20,000 nt of DNA from IMG/VR virus record IMGVR_UViG_3300025168_000002, one strand, 5' to 3'. The position numbers and the translations under genes are program-made. The DNA is from an uncultured virus (IMG/VR IMGVR_UViG_3300025168_000002) (Duplodnaviria > Heunggongvirae > Uroviricota > Caudoviricetes > Crassvirales). The notes under the pieces are model-generated. The model saw only the letters and a program-made list of their open reading frames with translations. It was not told the DNA's origin and searched no databases. Position 1 is the stretch's first letter. The number at the start of each line of letters is the position of its first letter. Positions 6,936 to 15,800 of the stretch are shown here, piece after piece.

Positions 6936-9374
6936 CTATCTTGGGTTGAACTCAGCCATATCAAAGCCATCTAAACTATCTTCATTAGACTCAAAATTTA
7001 TTGGAGGTAAATTGTTTTTTCTTTGCGTAATTAATTGAGACTGTTCAGAAGATTGTTGACTTACCCTTTTGTCTTTAGCTTTTTCTCTCGCTTGCTCTCT
7101 ATTACTTAAGGCTTGCTCTTCCCCTCCTCTTAATTGAATAGCAAATTGAAACTCTGTCATCATTAGCTGTTCTTTTAGTGCAGCTTCGTTTTTAAGTTTT
7201 TCTATTTCAAAACCAACAGTGGCTTGTGCAACTTGCATTTTAGATTGTGTTTCTGCTTGAATTTTAGCCATTTGTATTTGAGCCTCAGCTTGTTGTGCTT
7301 GCATATTATTTTGTTGTTGCATTTGCATCTGCTCTGCTTGTTGTTGTTGCTCCTGTTTTTGTTTTTGCTTTCTTTTAACTTTGAGTAATTGGTTAGCCAT
7401 CTTGATATTTTTAATTTCTCTAATATCAATAGCATCCTCTAGGTCTATACCACCTTTAGACAAAGCCATCTGTATATTTTGCTCCAACATAGCTTTTTGT
7501 TCTTCATCAGGAGACATTTCAATAAATATACCAAAGTCATATAAATATAAATTCTTTATATCGTCTAATATACCTACGTTATACTTTCCTATTTGCATAG
7601 CAAACTCGTCAGCAAAATCAGAGTATTCTAAGACATCTGCCGTTCTTATTGACAAAGCTTCTGATAAAGTTTGTGTAAGGTATAAACTAGCTTCTAGTAT
7701 ATGCCTAGTTGCTGTATTAGAATTTAAAGCTGCTAATTTTTGAACACCAACTAAAGCGTTTGCGTCAGGAGTTGATCCATCTCTAGCCTCATTTAGCCCT
7801 GTTACTTGCCTTATCATATCTAAGTAATGATTGTAGTTCCCTATTAACATTTGCATTTTCTGACCCCCACTAGAAGATGTAAGTTGTGTTATTGGAACTC
7901 TTGCTTGATTAAATTCTCCGTCTTGAGTATAACTTCTTCCTACTACACTACCAGTTTGAAAATATAATCTTAAAGCGTCTTCTGGGGAATAAGCATTTCC
8001 AGAACCTAAATCTACATCATTCATTCCGTCTGCGTCTATAAATACACCATCTGGAACTACTTTAGAAATAACTTGTTGTAACTTTAAGTGTGTCATTTGA
8101 ATTAAATCAGCAAAAGGAATCATTCTTCTAACTAAAGACTCTATATTACCCTTATACATTCTTGGTGCTGTTGCTACATAATTAGGCATAGCGTATTGAC
8201 TTGCCGACTGAGGACGCACCATGTTTTTTGATAACTCCCACTTTATCAACAAGTTAGTACCCATAACCATAACCCCGTCATACCATACGTCAATTCTTTT
8301 TTCTACTCTTTCAAAATTACCTTCTTCCATCATTTCTTCAGGCGGATTGAACTGATCGTCTTTAGGAACTGTAGTAAAGTTACCTTCAGCAGTTTGTTTT
8401 TTCTTATATACAAAACTATTAGTAGACTTGTAATTAAAATACATTAAAGTACAGGTGTCTTTTCTAAACATACTGTTTTCGTACATTTGAGATACGTTAT
8501 AATACTGATACCAGGCTTGACTATATTTTGAGATTTCTTCTAAGTCTTCATTAGTTAAATCTGGTTTTATTTTTAAAACTTCCCCAATAGGAATCGTTTT
8601 AATTTCTCCCCAATAAAAACAATCTTTAAAATAAGGATCTTCAGTGTAACTATAAACAACATTAGCTGGATCTACATATTTTACATCAATACCATCTCCT
8701 AAAAGAAAATCATGCTTTACCATAGAAACCCCTATAGTCATTAAATCCATATCATTTCTTTTACGAATTTGATTATAATGGTTTTCATCTAATAAAGTGT
8801 TGATTGCACATTCATTAGCAATTTCTACAGCAGGCTTGTAATTCATCTGCATATAAAGCTCCATTTCTAAATCTGTTTCTGGTAACGTTTCAGGATCTAC
8901 TTGAAAAACTCCTACATCAAAATCTTTTTCTATTTGTTTAAATAAAGGTTTTGCTATAACATTCGTTTCAATCATTTGCTGAAACTTACCTCTTTTTTCT
9001 GAAGACATAGCGTCTTGTGCGTATGTTTTAACAGAAAACAATCTATCTGACATTCCATTAACAACTATATCTACAAACTTAGGAATAATAGGAACTGGAG
9101 TCCAGTCTAAATTTAAATAAGACAAGTCTCCATCAACTGATAATTCGTTTTTATATTTAGCTATAGATTGTTCTCCTCTAGCGTATAATCTTAAACGATT
9201 GAACTCTAACCATTGACTGTAAAACCTACATTGACTCCCGCCTCCTTTTCTAAACCATTCGTATTGAATAGCCTGACCTACTCGTAAACCAAACTCTTTT
9301 GTTTTTTTCTCAGAATCTGATACAAATTGATCTGGAAAAGCAGCAGATTTTATATCTATTGTTATTCCTTTCAT
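6936..9374 (-). CDS. Portal protein (812 aa)
   Basis: Directly follows terL (TAATG overlap). PVPIIPKFVDIVVNG, YVDPANVVYS and VTGLNEARDG motifs. Long Gln/Glu-rich C-terminal coiled coil like a P22/crAss portal barrel. Confidence 0.85.
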   Translation of the reverse strand: MKGITIDIKSAAFPDQFVSDSEKKTKEFGLRVGQAIQYEWFRKGGGSQCRFYSQWLEFNRLRLYARGEQSIAKYKNELSVDGDLSYLNLDWTPVPIIPKFVDIVVNGMSDRLFSVKTYAQDAMSSEKRGKFQQMIETNVIAKPLFKQIEKDFDVGVFQVDPETLPETDLEMELYMQMNYKPAVEIANECAINTLLDENHYNQIRKRNDMDLMTIGVSMVKHDFLLGDGIDVKYVDPANVVYSYTEDPYFKDCFYWGEIKTIPIGEVLKIKPDLTNEDLEEISKYSQAWYQYYNVSQMYENSMFRKDTCTLMYFNYKSTNSFVYKKKQTAEGNFTTVPKDDQFNPPEEMMEEGNFERVEKRIDVWYDGVMVMGTNLLIKWELSKNMVRPQSASQYAMPNYVATAPRMYKGNIESLVRRMIPFADLIQMTHLKLQQVISKVVPDGVFIDADGMNDVDLGSGNAYSPEDALRLYFQTGSVVGRSYTQDGEFNQARVPITQLTSSSGGQKMQMLIGNYNHYLDMIRQVTGLNEARDGSTPDANALVGVQKLAALNSNTATRHILEASLYLTQTLSEALSIRTADVLEYSDFADEFAMQIGKYNVGILDDIKNLYLYDFGIFIEMSPDEEQKAMLEQNIQMALSKGGIDLEDAIDIREIKNIKMANQLLKVKRKQKQKQEQQQQAEQMQMQQQNNMQAQQAEAQIQMAKIQAETQSKMQVAQATVGFEIEKLKNEAALKEQLMMTEFQFAIQLRGGEEQALSNREQAREKAKDKRVSQQSSEQSQLITQRKNNLPPINFESNEDSLDGFDMAEFNPR

Positions 9375-11620
9375 TATCTTATTATTTCACTTATTCTACT
9401 CTTATTATTATATCTTGCAAAGTTAATACTTATTTTTGAATTTTGTTTAGTAGGTGTGTATAAGTGCTTTTGATTAGCCATGATTGCTAAACCCGAACTT
9501 ATTGCAGCATCAAACCTTGTTCTATTATTAATATCAAACTTTGCCCAATCCTCTAATGTTCTTTGAAAAAACATATCTCCCATTAAATCTTTCTCTCTGT
9601 AGTCTCCTTCAAAATCTAAACCTATATACTTTTCTATATACGACTCTATAGCTGCCGCATGAGATTGTTTAACATCTGTAGAGGTGTTAGGTATTCCTCC
9701 TAACTCTTTTTCTGTTTTTGATAATTTATTAAATCTTTTGTCTGGCCTATTCATACTAAATCCTCTATATCCTCTATTTTTAAAATGGTACAATAGTCTA
9801 GGTTTATTATTTTCACATAAAATTGGCATTCCGTAAAATACACAAGCCATTAAAACTTCTTCAAAAAATATTTCTGCTGTTTGCGGTCGTGCTATGTATT
9901 CTAAAAAAAAATGATTAGAAGGAGCATCATCCATATTAAATTTTGTCAAACCATGTAGGGCACCGTTAGACCCCTTACCCACAACCACGCCTGAAATGTC
10001 ATAAGAGTCACAACCAAAAGTTCCTAAATGTTCATTTCCAGGATATTTAACTCCGTTACGAACAATAACATTATTCTGCATACTTATTCCTGGTGTCCAA
10101 GTTACTAAAAATCTTCCACTTTTATTAGGGTAAAAAATAACCTTAGTGTCTTTTACACCATTCTCCCAAGAAAACGATCCTCTTGTTGTATGTTGGCCTA
10201 GCATCAAAGAGTCATTGTAATCTATTTGCTGATATATTTTAGTTAAATTAAATAATGACTGTTGAGACTCATCTCTAAAAGCATGAGACTCTGTTCGTGG
10301 AAATTGTCTGTAAAATTCGTTTAATGCATCTGCATCTTGAGTTAAAGAATTTACCTCATTTTCCCAGTAGTTTATAGCTCCTGTTTTTATATCTTCCCCG
10401 TCAATACCTACTATCGGTTTGTCAGGAGTATGTAAAACAGGCATTCCATACTTATCAATATACCCTTCAAAATTCCATTCCATTGGAATAAATAAATTAT
10501 ATAACCCAGATTTTGTTTGACCATTTTGATTTCTTTTTGAAGCATCAGAATCATCAAATAATTTTTTAAAATTACTACCTCCTTTGTCTAATGCATTTGA
10601 AGTAGACCCCATCATGCATTTACCTATAATCTTACTTCCTAACCTCAAACAAGTTTTAGTTACTCGCCAGTTGTTTAGAATATTTTCAGGCCTTTCCCAT
10701 TTTCCGCTTTCGTCGTGTAATAAGTATTGCAACTTCTCCCCATCATAAGAGTTATCAGATGTATTTTTCCAATCTATTGTAGTGTCTAGGCCATCAAGTT
10801 CCTCACTTCCAATATCATACATATTTTTTTTAGTAATTTTAGATGCAGGAACTCTATATGCTAATTCTGTTTTAGGCTTATCCATACCATCTTGAATGGG
10901 TTTAAAAAAAAACGGGTAATTATTAGATATAGGAACAACTTTATCTGTAAACATTTTTTTTGCATCAGCACCTGTTTTAGAAAGTATACCTATACGAGCA
11001 TCTCTTGTTATAGTAGCTTGATTTACTCCTTCGCATGAACTCATAAAAGAAAATCCAGACCTCCTTATTTTTAAGTAACACATACCAAAGCTTCTTTTGT
11101 CAGCCTTAGATGCCTCCCAAAAAATATAAAACAATCTATTTGCTTCTCTAAAATCAGGATGACCTATATCTATTTTAGTCCATTGTAAATACATATAATG
11201 AGTACCAGTTATATAAGTAGGAATACCATTATTTTTAAACCAATGTCCTTGCTCTCTTTTGTCAAACTCTTGCTCTATGTAGTCAACCCATTCTGCTTTA
11301 AAATTAGAAGGAGCTTCGTGCCATTGAAATATACTTTGTATTCTTTTTAAAACCTTAGGTAATAAAGTAGGTGACCAGGTTTGCTCTGACTTAATTTTTT
11401 TTTCGTTTACAAAATTTTTAGGAGTTTTTGGTAATGCAATTTTTACATTACTAATTTCATATACATCTCCAACTGTCCCGTCTTTAGATATTACAACAAC
11501 ATCATATTTTTCATTATACCCATACAACCATGTACGAGCTCTGTTTTTATTAGACAATACACCTTTAGGTATATAATCTTTTAATATTTTATATAATTTA
11601 TTTTGATCTTGATTCTGCAA
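9374..11620 (-). CDS. terL: Terminase large subunit (about 748 aa, TTG start)
   Basis: Walker A variant LKIRRSGFS, Walker B YLLHDESGKW, motif III MMGSTS, RNase H-like nuclease FGCDSYD, CENNK, and late FDAAISSGLA. Adjacent to portal. Start codon uncertain. Confidence 0.93.
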   Translation of the reverse strand: MQNQDQNKLYKILKDYIPKGVLSNKNRARTWLYGYNEKYDVVVISKDGTVGDVYEISNVKIALPKTPKNFVNEKKIKSEQTWSPTLLPKVLKRIQSIFQWHEAPSNFKAEWVDYIEQEFDKREQGHWFKNNGIPTYITGTHYMYLQWTKIDIGHPDFREANRLFYIFWEASKADKRSFGMCYLKIRRSGFSFMSSCEGVNQATITRDARIGILSKTGADAKKMFTDKVVPISNNYPFFFKPIQDGMDKPKTELAYRVPASKITKKNMYDIGSEELDGLDTTIDWKNTSDNSYDGEKLQYLLHDESGKWERPENILNNWRVTKTCLRLGSKIIGKCMMGSTSNALDKGGSNFKKLFDDSDASKRNQNGQTKSGLYNLFIPMEWNFEGYIDKYGMPVLHTPDKPIVGIDGEDIKTGAINYWENEVNSLTQDADALNEFYRQFPRTESHAFRDESQQSLFNLTKIYQQIDYNDSLMLGQHTTRGSFSWENGVKDTKVIFYPNKSGRFLVTWTPGISMQNNVIVRNGVKYPGNEHLGTFGCDSYDISGVVVGKGSNGALHGLTKFNMDDAPSNHFFLEYIARPQTAEIFFEEVLMACVFYGMPILCENNKPRLLYHFKNRGYRGFSMNRPDKRFNKLSKTEKELGGIPNTSTDVKQSHAAAIESYIEKYIGLDFEGDYREKDLMGDMFFQRTLEDWAKFDINNRTRFDAAISSGLAIMANQKHLYTPTKQNSKISINFARYNNKSRISEIIR
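9418..9435 (-). promoter_or_regulatory. Putative portal promoter embedded in the terL 3' end
   Basis: Plus-strand caaagttaatacttattt is identical to 6903-6920. Contains TAACTTTG about 44 nt upstream of the portal ATG. Confidence 0.65.
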
Positions 11621-11876
11621 ATCCCTTTGGTGTTGATGATTTATTTTCTACTACTATTCCTTCTAATAAGTTTTTTTCTTCTTCTATTCTTTTTAATATT
11701 TCAAAAGCATCCATAATGCATAATTTTTTTGTTGCCGCAGCGTTTTTTAATTTGTCAGCCGCTAACTGATCATCAGCATCATACTTAATAATATCTTCTT
11801 TTGCTACTTTAATTAATTGGGCTACAGCTTTTTCTCCAGCACTAATAATTTGAAATCTTAATTCTTTATTATTCAT
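11598..11876 (-). CDS. Helical protein, candidate terminase small subunit (92 aa)
   Basis: Immediately upstream of terL and overlapping it by 23 nt. Predicted all-helical, ends KGFAESRSK. Assignment is by position only. Confidence 0.5.
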   Translation of the reverse strand: MNNKELRFQIISAGEKAVAQLIKVAKEDIIKYDADDQLAADKLKNAAATKKLCIMDAFEILKRIEEEKNLLEGIVVENKSSTPKGFAESRSK

Positions 11877-12438
11877 TAAGTATTGTTGTTATATTATTCG
11901 TAAACATTCTATACAAAATCTCACCGTCTACTTTAAATTCATATTCGCTGTCAGGCTCAAAAACAACTATGTCATTTTCTTTAACTCCTAGACTTTCTAA
12001 TTGTTTGTTAGAATATTTTATAGTTCCTTGTAAAGGTTCGTATTTACCGCTTTTTTTTAAAAAAGAATCTTTTACCTCTAAGGGTTTTATAAAACAATAT
12101 TTCCCTGGTGCAGTCCACTTTTTATTGTGGTTGTATAAAAAATATTGATCATCTTCTATAAAAAATAAATTATCTTTAAAATAACTTTTACCGCTTTTTC
12201 TTCTTCCATACATATCGTTATAAAACTTAAACACATTATGATGAACTAATAGTATATCTCCTATTTCTATTTCTCCTTCATAGTACAGTGGTAAAGAAAC
12301 TACTTTTGCAAATCTATTTGAAACCGTATGGTCTTCTTCAGACACACTTGTAACAAAATCTGCCTTATCAAATTCTAATATATTATTGTATCTTCTGTTG
12401 TTTACAGGCTCTACAATAAAGGAATGTAAGGCCCTCAT
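11869..12438 (-). CDS. Tandem two-domain GroES/Cpn10-like co-chaperonin (189 aa)
   Basis: Two GroES-like units: MRALHSFIVEP...FAKVVSLP...IEIGDILLVHH...FIEDDQYF and WTAPGKYCFIKP...QGTIKYS...VKENDIVVF...EFKVDGEILYRMFTNNITTIL. Compare E. coli GroES (RPLHDRVIVKR...RGEVLAVG...VKVGDIVIF...KIDNEEVLIMSESDILAIV). Confidence 0.75.
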   Translation of the reverse strand: MRALHSFIVEPVNNRRYNNILEFDKADFVTSVSEEDHTVSNRFAKVVSLPLYYEGEIEIGDILLVHHNVFKFYNDMYGRRKSGKSYFKDNLFFIEDDQYFLYNHNKKWTAPGKYCFIKPLEVKDSFLKKSGKYEPLQGTIKYSNKQLESLGVKENDIVVFEPDSEYEFKVDGEILYRMFTNNITTILNE

Positions 12439-12662
12439 TAAAAGTTTATATTATATTCTAAAGTAATTGGAAGCGTATATAAAAACTCTTTCCATATCAA
12501 AACCTCTTCGTTTTTTATAACCCAGAGTTTGTAAGATTGAGATGATTCGTTTGCTTGTATTAAGTGTATTTTGTATTCCCCACCCAGGACAGACTGATTA
12601 ACTATATAATGCATTGATCCAGATTTATAATCTGAACCAATGGAAATTTTTCTAATATCCAT
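12438..12662 (-). CDS. Small phage hypothetical protein (74 aa)
   Basis: TAATG overlap with the GroES-like gene. IRKISIGxDYK...MHY motif recalled from Bacteroidota phages. Beta-rich. Confidence 0.7.
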   Translation of the reverse strand: MDIRKISIGSDYKSGSMHYIVNQSVLGGEYKIHLIQANESSQSYKLWVIKNEEVLIWKEFLYTLPITLEYNINF

Positions 12663-12663
12663 T

Positions 12664-12801
12664 TTATTTTATTTTATCTTCTACTAAACCTTTATTAATC
12701 TCAACTGTTATTTCTTCTACTATAGCTAAAGTGCTAATTGGTAAAGATTGTAATAGTCGGTTAATATTTTTAATAGACTCTTCATTTAATTCTACTTTCA
12801 T
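12664..12801 (-). CDS. Small helical protein not in the ORF track (45 aa)
   Basis: ATG 12799-12801, TAA 12664-12666: MKVELNEESIKNINRLLQSLPISTLAIVEEITVEINKGLVEDKIK. Fills the gap (11 nt after the fibre stop, 1 nt before the next ATG) and has an A/T-rich leader. Confidence 0.75.
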   Translation of the reverse strand: MKVELNEESIKNINRLLQSLPISTLAIVEEITVEINKGLVEDKIK

Positions 12802-12812
12802 TTAATTTAATT

Positions 12813-15800
12813 TTATGCAGCATACATAGGAATTTTATAATCTACTCCGTTTATTTTTACTGTCCATGTTGTTGTTGTTATTGCTGGAGTTGCAACAGTC
12901 ACTGTACCTACAGCATTTGTAGAAGAACCAATAGCAAGCTGATTTGCATCTGTAGTGGTGGCTCCTGTTCCTAGTGCTACTCCTCCTACAAATTTAGATG
13001 AAGCATCTTTACCAATAGCAATACCATTGTCTTTTGCTCCCCCTGAGTCTCCAGCTGTTGCACCTGTACCTATTGCAATAGAGTTTGAGCCTTCAGCAAG
13101 TGAGCGAGTACCAACAGCAATCGTTCCTCCGCTTATTGTTGATCCAGTTATTCCTGCGGATTGATATCCTATTGCTATATTTCCTACGCCTGACCTAGTT
13201 ATATTAGGATGATCAGTAGCGTCACCTTCAGCTTCAACACCTATAGCAATTCCTTTTGTTGATGTGTTGTATGTTTGGGTTTCTACAGTCTGACTACCTA
13301 TAGAAGCTGCACGCCCTATAGCTATTTGACCCTCTCTTGCACTTGCCCCTCCAAAACCCATCGCATTATACCCTATACAAACATGATATGCACTATTGCC
13401 ACTTGAACGGAAATTGTTATAACCTTGAGCCGCAAGTTGACCTATATAAACACCACCTCCTTCATTAACTCCATTAGCAGTTGATGCCTTATATTGTTTG
13501 GCTCTATCACCTATAGCAACGTCACCTAGATTATGCTCATGCTTATGAGTAGCGTCTCCAATCATAGCACTATTACCTATTGCAACTCTTAATTGCATGT
13601 CAACATTAGTAGGAAGTCCTGTGCTATTACCTAAATTCCTACCCGCATTACTACCTATTAAGATGTCGCCAACTGGTATTGCATCTCTTCCCGCTAAACT
13701 TCCTATAACAATATTACTACTTCCACCAGCAGAAATCTTAAGTGTGTCTCCACCAATAGCTATATTGTTAGTTCCTGTGTCATTCGCACTGTTTGCGTTT
13801 TCCCCTATAGCTATATTTTTAAATCCTGTAGTTAGAGCCGAATTAGTGTTATCTCCTATTCCTATATTATTAATACAAGCCGCATTAGAATAATCCCAAC
13901 CAGCTGCATACGATCCTATTTTTATATTGGTATCAGATGCTCTTGAAATTAAACCAAGATCTTCACCTGTGTTATCCAGAATAGTTATTCCATTAATAGG
14001 TGTTGTTGTTAAAGCACTAGTACCTACTGAAATAAATGATCCAGTAAAAGTAGCTGAAGCCCCTGTTGATACCACCTCATTAATACTACTAGAATACAAA
14101 GTTAAATCGTTTTCAAAACGACCAATATTTCTTATTTTATAATTACTTGAAGAACTTACATCTACACCTGACAATCCTCTCCAGGTTGTTGCGGTTATTG
14201 TTCCTACTGCACTAACCGAGGCTACGGTTATAGTAGCTGTTGAGGTTCCAAAGTTTACAGAAAAAATATCTCCTATTGTCCAATCTTTTCCTCCACCATA
14301 GATTGATACCCCAGTAATTCCTCCTGTTGCACTAACGCTGGTAACTCTAACTATTACGCCTGCGGCAGTTCCAATAACAGAAGAAACTTTAGTAGTTGGA
14401 TAGTAATTATTAGCCACATATCCTGCTCCTGCCGTAGTAATAGTAGCTGTTAACACCGCCTTTACTCCTACGGTTGTGTTAGCACTTCCGCTTAATGTAA
14501 TGCTTCCTCCCAAACCATTTACTTGTGAAACTCCTGTATTAGTAATAGTTATTGTTCTAGTTCCTGGAGTACTTGCCGTACTAATACCGTTACCGCCAAC
14601 TATATTTACTGTTTCTCCGTCAGCAACTGTTCCAGGGCCGCCAGTATCTCCATCAATATTCCAAGAAGTCATATTACCCCCTGCTGCTTGTGCTACCCAT
14701 TCCATATACCCACCACCTGTGCTATTAAAAGCTAATACTTGACCAGCGGTTGCTACTGATGGTGCGGCTGTTGTTCCTAATACAAATGAATTATTTGTTG
14801 TTCCGTTTGAGTTTTGAATAGTTAATGCTTTATCAAGTAATGTACCGCCTTTTGTTGCCACAACTTGAATAGTTGGTGTTTCAGTAGATAATTTTATAGA
14901 CGTACCTGTTACGGCAGATGTTGTTCTTAAATAAGTAGCAGTTGCAGCCTGCTCTGCAAAAGTAAAGGTACCTGAGCTTGTAATTGCAGTTCCTGCCGAT
15001 CCTGTTGAATCAGTTAAACTAATACTTTGAACTGTTCCTGTTCCAGAACCACTGAAAGATAGTTCTATATTATTATTTCCTGCGTTAGTAAATACCGCAC
15101 CGCCGCCTCCTTGTAATGTAAACGAACTAGAATTTGTTCCATCTGAATTTGTTACAGTTATTAGGTTCCCCGCATTAGTTACAGCTAAATCCCAGTCAGC
15201 TCCTTTAGGAGTTGAAAATCTACCTGTTTGATCATAATAGGTTCCTGTAGCTATTCCATCTACTTCAATAATTAAATTGTTATCAGAGCCAGCTTGTATT
15301 ACTTGAAATAAATCTCCAGCTGCGTACCCTGAACCTCCTGAATTAAATGATAAGTCTGCTAAAACCACACTACCAGCGGTTGTGTTTGTTATATTGACTA
15401 CTATACCAGAGCCAGATCCAGTTGTTGCTACCGTAGATAAATTACTTCCAACCGCATAATTTGTTCCTGTAGTGTTGTTGTCATAAAAAGCTGTTGTTAA
15501 TCCTCCTGGGCCTGTAGATACCGTGCCAGTAGTAATTAACTCTGTTTTTAATTTAGGTACAGCTGCAATAGAACTATCAACTGTCATATCTAAATATGTA
15601 GTGTCTACAACATCTATACTTGTAACTCCACTTCCACCAGCTCCCCATGTAGGAAAACCTCCTGGGCCTCCTGAAATTAAAACTTGCCCTAAAGTTCCTC
15701 TGTTACCGTTTAGCTCTATAAAGCCATTAGATCCTAACTTTAAACCTCCCCCATCTAAATTTATATCTCCAGTTAAGTTTATATTTTGTGTTGCTGTATT

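Noticed and set aside
6918..6938. Stop-codon reassignment as in some crAss-like phages (portal ends in TAG)
   Set aside because: All genes are intact under code 11 with very high coding density. Read-through would add only a few residues, so there is no evidence of recoding.
7202..7435. 77-aa minus-strand ORF in an alternate frame within portal
   Set aside because: Artefact of the CAA/CAG-rich Gln tract. TTG start and no supporting leader.
9374..11620. Intein or intron in the long terL
   Set aside because: ATPase and nuclease motifs are normally spaced, with no intein C/S...HN junction or LAGLIDADG motif visible. The extra length is an N-terminal extension.
11623..11629. A-AAG-GGA heptamer as a -1 frameshift site into terL
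   Set aside because: The -1 frame reaches TAA within about 15 codons. terL is in the +1 frame.
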